Virus record (IMG/VR): IMGVR_UViG_3300003523_000012
Coordinates: 1-64,000 of that record
Reading direction: 5' to 3' (one strand)
Source: a virus
Lineage: Duplodnaviria; Caudoviricetes
Length of the DNA: 64,000 bases
This document shows, piece by piece, positions 50,069 through 57,090 of the stretch (within the stretch, counting starts at the first letter, position 1; each line of letters starts with the position of its first letter). The notes beneath the pieces were generated by a model. That model saw only the letters and a list, made by a program, of their open reading frames with translations, was not told the origin of the DNA and made no database searches. The position numbers and the translations under genes are program-made.

Positions 50069-50366
50069 TCATTAGAAAAAATCTCGCCTTTACGTGATCA
50101 TTGATGAATCTTTAGATCCTATATATGGATGTGTTCAAGGTGGACATGCTGTTGCTCAATATCTCTTAGAGAATCCTGATTCCAAATGGAAGAACAATTA
50201 TCTTATCTATTTGAAAGCTAATTTAGAAAGAATTGTTGTTAAACTCCAAAGATATGGAATATGTTATACTGAGTTCCACGAACCAGACCTGGATGGGAAG
50301 CTCACTGCAATAGCGGTGCTTGACAATCAAAAGGTCTTTAGGAATCTACATTTAATAGGAAGCTAA
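50058..50366 (+). CDS. Peptidyl-tRNA hydrolase 2 (Pth2)-like protein with in-frame TAG at 50073-75
   Basis: RLYVIIDESL...VQGGHAVAQY...LIYL...EFHEPDLDGKLTAIA; ATG 50058 is in frame with the called GTG 50094. Confidence 0.7.
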
Positions 50367-50380
50367 GGCTTGTATTAAAT

Positions 50381-50406
50381 AAAAAGGGAGCTAAGGCTCC
50401 CGATTT
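50381..50406 (+). terminator. Hairpin (terminator or processing site)
   Basis: GGGAGC-taag-GCTCCC. Confidence 0.45.
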
Positions 50407-50478
50407 GCTCGGTTAGTTCAATTGGCAGAACAAGTGGCCCTAACCCACATGACACGGGTTCGAACCCTGTACCGGGCA
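50407..50478 (+). tRNA. Probable amber suppressor tRNA (CUA), atypical C33
   Basis: GCTCGGT/ACCGGGC acceptor; GTGG-CCCTAAC-CCAC anticodon arm puts CTA at 34-36. Confidence 0.65.
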
Positions 50479-50487
50479 CATTTTTAT

Positions 50488-50560
50488 GGCGCCATCGTCT
50501 AGAGGCCTAGGACACCAGATTTTCATTCTGGGAACCCCGATTCGAATTCGGGTGGTGCTA
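50488..50560 (+). tRNA. tRNA-Glu(UUC)
   Basis: Loop TTTTCAT. Confidence 0.88.
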
Positions 50561-50702
50561 CAAAGAATATAAGATTGCAGCAATACTAGTTAGGCTGGTC
50601 TTTCCGTGAGAGTCGGACGTATATCCTGCAACGATAGCGATGATCCCGACGCATTGGTTGGTGTAGCAAAGGACGTCCAGAGGTAGCTCCTCTGGAATTA
50701 AA

Positions 50703-50775
50703 CTTCCTATAGTTCAATGGATTAGAACGTAGGTCTACGGAACCTTAGATGGGGGTTCGAGTCCCTCTAGGAAGA
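50703..50775 (+). tRNA. tRNA-Arg(ACG)
   Basis: Loop CTACGGA. Confidence 0.88.
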
Positions 50776-50784
50776 CTAACATAT

Positions 50785-50858
50785 TGCGGGATGGACTGGA
50801 GAGGTTCCAGCTGGGTCTCATAAGCCCAATGACGGGGGTTCGATTCCCTCTCCCGCTA
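50785..50858 (+). tRNA. tRNA(CAU), second initiator-like
   Basis: Unpaired 1:72; GCGGGA acceptor; loop CTCATAA. Confidence 0.8.
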
Positions 50859-50995
50859 CTAATTCATCTATACCGATAATTCAGTTGATAATTCTAGATG
50901 AGTCTTCTGATGTTGGGGGTTACTAGTGGATGTATTGACGAGTATATAAGCTAGTTATAAAAAACGTGGTTCGATACCTCAATAGGTGGCTAATT

Positions 50996-51086
50996 AGAGA
51001 GATACCCAAGTTGGTGAAGGGACCAGTTTGCTAAACTGGCAGGGCAGCTAATCACTGTCGCGTGGGTTCGAGCCCCACTCTCTCTG
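50996..51086 (+). tRNA. tRNA-Ser(GCU)
   Basis: Loop TTGCTAA; long variable arm. Confidence 0.9.
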
Positions 51087-51099
51087 CAAAGAATTATAT

Positions 51100-51224
51100 G
51101 GGGCGGTGGTGAAATTAGTAAAAAAGCTCCACTGCATGAATGGTGGTGATACTGCAAAGATTAAAAGGTATACACACAAATTCTGTTAAATTTGAAAATG
51201 TTGGTTCGAGTCCAACCCGCCCCA
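51100..51224 (+). ncRNA. tRNA-like RNA with ~50-nt D-loop insert (hairpin + ACTGCAA)
   Basis: GGGGCGG/CCGCCCC acceptor, normal T-arm, GTG...CAC D-stem split by insert. Confidence 0.7.
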
Positions 51225-51229
51225 CTTAT

Positions 51230-51353
51230 AGGGAGATAGTGTAATGTATGGTAGCACGCGTTAATTTTATGACTTTTAATATGAAAGTCTAACAGCAATT
51301 AATGTAAATGTCTTTGGTGTAACGTAGTGAAGGTTCGAATCCTTCTCTCCCTG
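51230..51353 (+). ncRNA. tRNA-like RNA with ACAGCAA module inserted at the anticodon loop
   Basis: AGGGAGA/TCTCCCT; CGTTA/TAACG anticodon stem enclosing GACTTT/AAAGTC-TAACAGCAA. Confidence 0.75.
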
Positions 51354-51358
51354 CTAAC

Positions 51359-51479
51359 CATGCAGTAGCTCAGTTGGTAGAGCACGTTTTTTGTGACTCT
51401 TGTAGAAGCGTGAGTCCTACAGCAATTGATTTTTGTCCTTCCAAGACCGGGGTCGTGGGTTCGAGTCCCACCTGCATGG
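51359..51479 (+). ncRNA. tRNA(UCC)-like RNA with 48-nt ACAGCAA insert between positions 28/29
   Basis: Removing 51387-51434 restores CGGTC-CTTCCAA-GACCG. Confidence 0.8.
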
Positions 51480-51487
51480 CTTTATAT

Positions 51488-51561
51488 GGTGTTAGTAGCT
51501 CAGTTGGTAGAGCGCTAGATTGTGGTTCTAGTGGTCGCAGGTTCGATCCCTGTCTAACACA
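51488..51561 (+). tRNA. tRNA-His(GUG)
   Basis: G-1 present; loop TTGTGGT. Confidence 0.88.
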
Positions 51562-51571
51562 CAAATCAAAA

Positions 51572-51678
51572 TGAGACTGGTTGGAGGCATTGGCCTCATT
51601 CGGCGCTCTTCAATTGAAGAGAGACATCCGGCGCGAACTTGGTCAGGAAAGGACGTGAGTAACACGGAATCAGTCTCA
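51572..51678 (+). ncRNA. Unassigned structured ncRNA (~107 nt)
   Basis: TGAGACTGGTT/AATCAGTCTCA closing stem with internal hairpins. Confidence 0.5.
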
Positions 51679-51682
51679 AATT

Positions 51683-51756
51683 GCGGGAGTAGCTCAGTTG
51701 GCTAGAGCGGAACCTTGCCAAGGTCCAGGTCGGGGGTTCGAGTCCCCTCTCCCGCT
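51683..51756 (+). tRNA. tRNA-Gly(GCC)
   Basis: Loop TTGCCAA. Confidence 0.92.
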
Positions 51757-51758
51757 CA

Positions 51759-51861
51759 AATTCGCCGATAGGCATATCCTAGGCCGCCTCTGATGGCGGA
51801 ATAACCAGTATCTTATATAATTTATCATCTCAAGAATAAACCGCCATCAGGCGGAAAATTT
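51759..51861. repeat. Dispersed element copy E
   Basis: CTGATGGCGG...CCGCCATCAG arms; left 30 bp is the reverse complement of copy D's right end. Confidence 0.88.
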
Positions 51862-51867
51862 ATTGGT

Positions 51868-51895
51868 GTTAACTTCTGAAATTGTTGTATATATT
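51868..51895 (+). promoter_or_regulatory. GTTAA-N17-TATATT promoter of tRNA array block 2
   Basis: Exact motif. Confidence 0.7.
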
Positions 51896-51942
51896 ATGAT
51901 TGCTGAGGTAAATAACTATACTGAAGCAATTATTATACATAA

Positions 51943-51966
51943 GTTCTTTGACATACTGGCTAGAAT
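51943..51966 (+). promoter_or_regulatory. boxA-like antitermination site (copy 2)
   Basis: GTTCTTTGACATACTGGCTAGAAT. Confidence 0.7.
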
Positions 51967-52109
51967 TAAAGATATCCGAAAAGGGATCGGGAGGTTCTCA
52001 CAAACCAGAAACCCTGAGGCTGATGGTCCAGAATTGCGAGAGCAATTCTGGACCATCAGTCGACAGCTCACTGGGTAATTCCCAAGGAACGCTGTTAGGC
52101 GAGAAATAT

Positions 52110-52181
52110 TGAGCTGTGGTATAATTGGCAACACGTCGGGTTTTGGTCCCGAAGTTCTGGGTTCGAGTCCCGGCAGCTCAA
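52110..52181 (+). tRNA. tRNA-Gln(UUG)
   Basis: Loop TTTTGGT. Confidence 0.88.
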
Positions 52182-52188
52182 CAAAAAT

Positions 52189-52261
52189 GTCCGAGTGTCC
52201 GAATTGGCTTAGGTGACGGTCTGCAAAACCGTCTATGCAGGTTCAAGTCCTGTCTCGGACT
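52189..52261 (+). tRNA. tRNA-Cys(GCA)
   Basis: Loop CTGCAAA; U73. Confidence 0.9.
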
Positions 52262-52277
52262 CTTAGGAAAATAATAT

Positions 52278-52352
52278 GCGCAGGTAGCTCAGTTGGTTTA
52301 GAGCACTTGTCTGATACACAAGAGGTCGAAGGTTCGATTCCTTCTCTGCGCA
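52278..52352 (+). tRNA. tRNA-Ile(GAU)
   Basis: Loop CTGATAC. Confidence 0.88.
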
Positions 52353-52358
52353 CTGAAT

Positions 52359-52423
52359 GGAAGCCTTACAGCAAATTTTTCAGCACTAATTTATAAACTA
52401 GGAACGCTTAAAATGGGGCTTCT
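52359..52423 (+). ncRNA. Free-standing ACAGCAA stem-loop module
   Basis: GGAAGCCT-TACAGCAA-loop-GGGCTTCT. Confidence 0.7.
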
Positions 52424-52429
52424 GAACTT

Positions 52430-52501
52430 GCGGGTATAGCACAACGGTTAGTGTAAGAGATTTCCAATCTTTTGATGTGGGTTCGATTCCCATTACCCGC
52501 T
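52430..52501 (+). tRNA. tRNA-Gly(UCC)
   Basis: Loop TTTCCAA. Confidence 0.9.
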
Positions 52502-52509
52502 CTAGAGGT

Positions 52510-52978
52510 GAAATGATATACCCTCTCAATGATGGCAGTGTAACGTGTTGCACATACTTGTGAGTGGATGAGTCCCATCATTGCCCTGATCTAGGATCAG
52601 TTTCCATATTTTATACACAACTCCATTTCGGCAATACATTCCTCGAAGCCGTTATCACACATAAGACAAACCAGAGAAGGAGAGAGGGCGATGCAATGGT
52701 TGAAGCGATGAATTATATAAAGAGACTAAGAATGACACTCATTGGACGTATAAGAAGTCCCTTGAGAAAGATACTCAGTGTGCCTCGAGAGAGTGTATCA
52801 TTAAAAGGTAAAAGCCGTGAACAGGTGTGTGGAGTTCTCAAGTGAAAAATTCCGTAATTAGCGGTAGAGAGAATATAAGCACCACGGATGTAGCACTGAT
52901 TGAATGCTAGACAAATCGATAGGGGTTCTACCTCATCCCCGATAATCAGTCTGGATTCTGACTGGTGAGTGTCATTTC
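52510..52978 (+). ncRNA. Large structured ncRNA (~470 nt), candidate ROOL/GOLLD-class or new
   Basis: GAAATGATAT/GTGTCATTTC closing stem, several internal helices, flanked by tRNAs. Confidence 0.6.
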
Positions 52979-52986
52979 TTTTTTAT

Positions 52987-53060
52987 GCACTTGTAGCCCA
53001 ACTGGCAGAGGCCTATGACTTAGGATCATAAAAGTGTGAGTTCGAATCTCACCAGGTGCA
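52987..53060 (+). tRNA. tRNA-Leu(UAG), short variable arm
   Basis: Loop CTTAGGA. Confidence 0.85.
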
Positions 53061-53064
53061 CTAT

Positions 53065-53138
53065 GTTCCAGTAGCCCAACTGGCAGAGGCAATAGTTTGA
53101 GGGACTATACAGTGGCAGTTCGAATCTGCCTTGGAACA
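53065..53138 (+). tRNA. tRNA-Leu(GAG), short variable arm
   Basis: Loop TTGAGGG. Confidence 0.85.
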
Positions 53139-53149
53139 CAAATTAATAT

Positions 53150-53222
53150 CTAGGTGTAATTCAGTTGGTAGAATGCTAGAATTGGGATCTAGTTGTCGTC
53201 CGTTCGAGTCGGATCACCTAGA
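53150..53222 (+). tRNA. tRNA-Pro(UGG)
   Basis: Loop ATTGGGA. Confidence 0.85.
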
Positions 53223-53278
53223 CGAAGAGATGTCAAGCTCGAGTTAAAAAATTTCGACAAATTGTTTATTATCATAAT

Positions 53279-54262
53279 ATGATGGATAAAAAAGTATTTG
53301 AAATATTTAACTCGAGCTATTCAAAAATAGAATTGTGTAAAAATCTTGATTTAGATGTATCTCACATGAATGGAAGTAATGTTGATAAATTACTAAATAA
53401 GATTATGAAAGATTCTGATTTTGAAATGGATATTACTGCTAACGGTTTTAAAGAAAGGCGTTTAGCCAGAGAAAAAAAGAAATGGGAAAAAGAACAACCA
53501 AAATGTAAATTTTGTGGAAAAGTTCTTCCATTTGAAAGAAGATTTAATAAATTTTGTAGTTCTAGTTGTTCTGCTAAAAGTGGAAATAAACAAAGAGCTA
53601 AAAATGGTTATACTTCAAAAGGTAAAACAAAAAAAGTTAATTGTTTAAAGTGTAATAAAGAAATTGAAGTAAATATCAATTGTGGACAAAAATCTTATTT
53701 TTGTAAAGAGTGTAGACCTAAATCTGTAAATAGTCTTAGACTAATTGAACATACTTGTATAATTTGTGGAAAAAAATATTTTACTAAAAGATATATTTCT
53801 AATCATTGCTCACCAAAATGTTCAGCAGCAGATCCAAACATTAGAAAAAAGATTAGTGAAACTCAATTACAACACGTAAAAGATGGAACTCATAAAGGTT
53901 GGACATCTAGAAATATTAGATCTTATCCTGAAAAATTCTTTGAACAAGTATTAAAGAATAATTTTATAGAATTCAAACAAGAAGTCTATATAGAAAAATT
54001 CAAATATTTCTTAGATTTTCTTATAGAAATTGGTAATAATAAAATTGATCTTGAAATAGATGGTAAACAGCATAAATATGATGATAGAAAAGATAAAGAT
54101 GTTGAAAGAGATCAAAATCTTAAAAATGCTGGATATATCATTTATAGAATAGAATGGAATGAGATAAATTCTAAAGAAGGTAAGACAAAAATGAAAGAGA
54201 AAATTAATAAATTTTTAGAGTTTATTGAACAATATAAATTAGCCCAGTACTCCAATAGGTAG
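53279..54262 (+). CDS. Free-standing putative homing endonuclease (zinc ribbons + DUF559/Vsr-like nuclease)
   Basis: CxxC repeats; YFLDF..LEIDGKQH...D.ERD..L...GY.I.RI.W; lower GC than neighbours. Confidence 0.8.
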   Translation: MMDKKVFEIFNSSYSKIELCKNLDLDVSHMNGSNVDKLLNKIMKDSDFEMDITANGFKERRLAREKKKWEKEQPKCKFCGKVLPFERRFNKFCSSSCSAKSGNKQRAKNGYTSKGKTKKVNCLKCNKEIEVNINCGQKSYFCKECRPKSVNSLRLIEHTCIICGKKYFTKRYISNHCSPKCSAADPNIRKKISETQLQHVKDGTHKGWTSRNIRSYPEKFFEQVLKNNFIEFKQEVYIEKFKYFLDFLIEIGNNKIDLEIDGKQHKYDDRKDKDVERDQNLKNAGYIIYRIEWNEINSKEGKTKMKEKINKFLEFIEQYKLAQYSNR

Positions 54263-54314
54263 AGGGAGTCGGCTCAAACCCGATACAGTGTGAGTTCGAA
54301 TCTCACCTGGGCTA
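54241..54314 (+). tRNA. tRNA-Leu(CAA), short variable arm
   Basis: Loop CTCAAAC; 5' end overlaps endonuclease ORF. Confidence 0.8.
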
Positions 54315-54317
54315 CAA

Positions 54318-54506
54318 ACAGAATACCTATCTGCAATAGGCATGATACATTCACAGCAATGCTTTATCCCAGAAGGTGTAACTCAAATGGACTAGAGTCT
54401 TGACATCCTGAAGAATAGCAGCTCTTTTTAGGGAAGTGTCATAGAGATCCGGGTTCGAATCCCGGCACCCTCAGATCTTAGATCCTTTATAATGTATTGA
54501 TTCTGT
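54318..54506 (+). ncRNA. ACAGCAA stem enclosing a tRNA-like domain (54372-54473)
   Basis: ACAGAAT/ATTCTGT and GATACATT/AATGTATT stems; inner D-arm, elongated anticodon arm, CCGGG-TTCGAAT-CCCGG. Confidence 0.7.
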
Positions 54507-54513
54507 ATTTTTT

Positions 54514-54587
54514 GTCGGTGTAGCGGAGCTGGTTTCTTGCGCCGCTCTCATAAGGCGGAGACGGTGGTTCGATTCCACCCACCGGCA
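54514..54587 (+). tRNA. tRNA-Met(CAU), elongator-like
   Basis: Loop CTCATAA; paired 1:72. Confidence 0.8.
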
Positions 54588-54592
54588 CGAAA

Positions 54593-54694
54593 GTGAAAAA
54601 AGCTATGGCATGTAGCTCAGTTGGTAGAGTGGACAATATCTTGTCAGGTCGCTAGTTCAAGTCTAGCCATGATAAATAGTTTGTATCGCTTCAC
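54593..54694 (+). ncRNA. tRNA-mimic (D and T arms, 4-nt anticodon loop) on an extended stem, YrlA-like architecture
   Basis: TAGCTCAGTTGGTAGAGT, GACAA-TATC-TTGTC, GCTAG-TTCAAGT-CTAGC; outer GTGAA/TTCAC and AGCTAT/ATAGTT. Confidence 0.6.
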
Positions 54695-54731
54695 ATGGTA
54701 CCTAGTCGTTGTGATACACGCTTTCTCGCGA

Positions 54732-54805
54732 GGGCTGTTAGTTTAGCTTGGTAAGAATATCTGGCTTACATCCAGGAGACTACGGTTCAAATCCGTGACG
54801 GCCCA
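54732..54805 (+). tRNA. tRNA-Val(UAC)
   Basis: Loop CTTACAT. Confidence 0.88.
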
Positions 54806-54930
54806 CTATTAAAAGTAGGACAGTTAGTTAACGGCTAATTGAGATTGATTCCATATAAATCTCTAACTACTTTTGTTATTTTATATATAAGGTTACCGTT
54901 AATAACCTTATTCAATAAAGTTAAAAAAAT

Positions 54931-55857
54931 ATGGACAATCAAAAATTTATTTGTGAAAATTGCGGTTTAGAACATAATAGAAGTTATGGTTCTGGACGTT
55001 TTTGCTCTGAAAAATGTGCTAAAAGTTATTCAACTAAAAATGAATCTAAAAAATTAAAAGAAGCAAATTGTATTATTTGTGGAAGAAAAATACACATAAA
55101 TAAAAGAGCATCAACAAAAACTTGCAAATGTGAAAAATGTCAAAAACTACATCATAAACCATCTGATTTAAAAATATGTAAGATATGTGGTAAGAAATAC
55201 TATAAACAAGATGGATGTTCAAATCAATTTTGTAAAAATCATAATTTAAATGGATTCAAACTACTTATACAATATTTTGGATTTGATGAATCAAAACTTG
55301 GTACTATAGAAGTTGAAAATGAATTTTTAAGAATTAAGAATTTGATACATAATTTATACTGGAAAGATAATTTATCCAGTAAAGATATAGCTGAAAAATT
55401 TAACTTTAAAAGCAAACATTCACTTATTCAAACAGTATTCAAGTTTTTAGATATACCATCTAGAAATTTTAAACAATCAACTTCAAATGCTTACTATACT
55501 AGAAAAATGTGTAGTATTTTAAAAAATCAATATAAATCAGAATGGCATACAACATGGAATGGAAAAGAAGTTTATCTTAGAAGTTCATTTGAAAGTGATT
55601 ATGCTAAAGAATTAGATGCCAATGAAATTGATTATGATGTTGAATACCTTAGAATAAAATATTTCAATACTAATAAAAATGAGTATAGATGTGCAATACC
55701 AGATTTTTATCTTCCAGAAACAAATACAATTGTTGAAATAAAATCTAATTGGACATTAAATATTCAAGAAATGAAAGATAAAAAGAAAGCGTATTTGGAA
55801 CAAGGATATAATTTTAAATTGATTCTTGATCATAAAGAAATAGATTTGCCTTTGTAG
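54931..55857 (+). CDS. Free-standing putative homing endonuclease (zinc ribbons + TnsA-like PD-(D/E)XK domain)
   Basis: CxxC repeats; YLRSSFE...YDVE..IKY...IPDFYL....IVEIKS. Confidence 0.8.
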   Translation: MDNQKFICENCGLEHNRSYGSGRFCSEKCAKSYSTKNESKKLKEANCIICGRKIHINKRASTKTCKCEKCQKLHHKPSDLKICKICGKKYYKQDGCSNQFCKNHNLNGFKLLIQYFGFDESKLGTIEVENEFLRIKNLIHNLYWKDNLSSKDIAEKFNFKSKHSLIQTVFKFLDIPSRNFKQSTSNAYYTRKMCSILKNQYKSEWHTTWNGKEVYLRSSFESDYAKELDANEIDYDVEYLRIKYFNTNKNEYRCAIPDFYLPETNTIVEIKSNWTLNIQEMKDKKKAYLEQGYNFKLILDHKEIDLPL

Positions 55858-55920
55858 CTTAATCGGTAGAGCAGCTGTTTAGTAATCAGCAGGTCGTGGG
55901 TTCAAATCCCTCCATCGGCT
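55848..55920 (+). tRNA. tRNA-Thr(AGU), two acceptor-stem mismatches
   Basis: Loop TTAGTAA; GCCTTTG vs CATCGGC. Confidence 0.7.
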
Positions 55921-55924
55921 CAAA

Positions 55925-56265
55925 GCTGGCGTCAATGACGCTCTGGTGAAAGGATGTTTGGACGAGGGTTCGACTCCCTCCGGGTCCACTATGATTCTAT
56001 AGAATCACAATTAGCTTATCAACCAAGATGTTGAGAAAGTTAAGATTTGCGAGAACTTAATATGAGACTCGTGATTCAGCGCACTAGCCGGCTGCGTAAT
56101 TGCTGGCTTTATAATTGGGCCCGTTTGGTTTTGACAGCATTTGAGTAAGAAGAGAAGAGATGCTGGTGAGTAAGAATAATTCACAAATCTTACACAACTC
56201 GTCTTGCTGCGTAGTCTAGGACTATAGCAATGAGAGGTCTAGGGTGGCACCAAAGTCCACCCATT
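55925..56265 (+). ncRNA. ssrA: Circularly permuted (two-piece) tmRNA
   Basis: Acceptor piece ends GAGGG-TTCGACT-CCCTC-CGGGTCC-A (55988). Coding piece starts GGGCCCG-TTTGGTTTTGACAGC (56117), giving G3-U70. Tag ...HKSYTTRLAA* ends 56214. Outer boundaries approximate. Confidence 0.85.
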
Positions 56266-56269
56266 TTTT

Positions 56270-56343
56270 GGCTCGGTAGCCCAACTGGCAGAGGCATCAG
56301 ACTTAAACCCTGTATAGTGTGAGTTCGAATCTCACTCGGGCCA
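56270..56343 (+). tRNA. tRNA-Leu(UAA), short variable arm
   Basis: Loop CTTAAAC. Confidence 0.82.
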
Positions 56344-56353
56344 CTTTTTTCTC

Positions 56354-56381
56354 GTTAACTTCTATCTTATTGATATATATT
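56354..56381 (+). promoter_or_regulatory. GTTAA-N17-TATATT phage promoter
   Basis: Exact motif upstream of ATG 56412. Confidence 0.7.
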
Positions 56382-56411
56382 AGACATGTAATAACCAATA
56401 ATATTAAGAAT

Positions 56412-56711
56412 ATGAATGTATATAGAATTATTAGTAGATGTAAAGTATCAGATTGGGGATGCCATGATTTCTCTGTTGAGACTGAGGTCTATGACTCTGT
56501 TGAAGAAGCAAAAGAGGACTATCCTAAATTTGATGAGACTTCTTCACGTGCTATTGAAGAGTATGATATGGAAGAGTACTATATACTTGGAACAGCTAAG
56601 CAAATCCAAGACACTTATGACCGTGGCAAATGGTATGATTTGTGTGGTGATGAAGATGAGATTGAAGCTCATGCGAAAGAGTTCACTTATGAAGTCGATA
56701 ACCTTGAATAG
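56412..56711 (+). CDS. Acidic hypothetical protein (start MNVYRI)
   Basis: Start moved downstream of tRNA and promoter. Confidence 0.65.
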   Translation: MNVYRIISRCKVSDWGCHDFSVETEVYDSVEEAKEDYPKFDETSSRAIEEYDMEEYYILGTAKQIQDTYDRGKWYDLCGDEDEIEAHAKEFTYEVDNLE

Positions 56712-56737
56712 TAAAAATATTAAGTCATGTGCAAGTT

Positions 56738-57007
56738 ATGAAATCAATATTAAAATTTATTAATGAATCTGAAAAGAAATATGATAATTTTCTTAATTTG
56801 CCTCCTATAACAGAATTAGGAGATGGTGAATATGATTGTGCTATTTGGGGACACAGTGTTGCTTATGACGGTAAGAAATATTATTCAGAAATTGGTATAA
56901 TGAATATTTATCCTATCAAGATAAAGATAATCATCAAAGATAAAAAAGAAAGATTTGGAGATTCAGATAATCTTCAAAGAGCGGAATTAAAAAAACTTTT
57001 CGATTAA
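56738..57007 (+). CDS. Small protein with capsid-targeting-like N-terminus
   Basis: MKSILKFINESE. Confidence 0.6.
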   Translation: MKSILKFINESEKKYDNFLNLPPITELGDGEYDCAIWGHSVAYDGKKYYSEIGIMNIYPIKIKIIIKDKKERFGDSDNLQRAELKKLFD

Positions 57008-57090
57008 TTATAATCACTATCAAATCTATATAGTTAGAAATGGTGGGAAGAAATTGAAAAGCAAAAGTTGAACTAATAAAAATAAAGACT

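Noticed and set aside
50575-50584. GCAGCAA as a ninth ACAGCAA module
   Set aside because: It mismatches the motif, and TTGCAG appears to pair with a downstream CTGCAA instead of following a helix.
50915-50970. preQ1-I riboswitch-like segment (CTAGTTATAAAAAAC)
   Set aside because: The P1 stem and loop consensus are not satisfied and no regulated CDS follows.
51651-51666. 16S rRNA-like string GGACGTGAGTAACACG
   Set aside because: Too short with no flanking rRNA similarity; treated as a hairpin in an unassigned ncRNA.
47854-52845. Short ORFs in the track overlapping tRNAs or ncRNAs (47854-, 49219-, 51370-, 51374+, 51863+, 51916-, 52564+)
   Set aside because: They are shadows of RNA genes and regulatory sequence.
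52510-52978. RNase P RNA or group I intron
   Set aside because: No GAGGAAAGUCC/P4 signature or recognisable P7 core, and it does not interrupt a gene.
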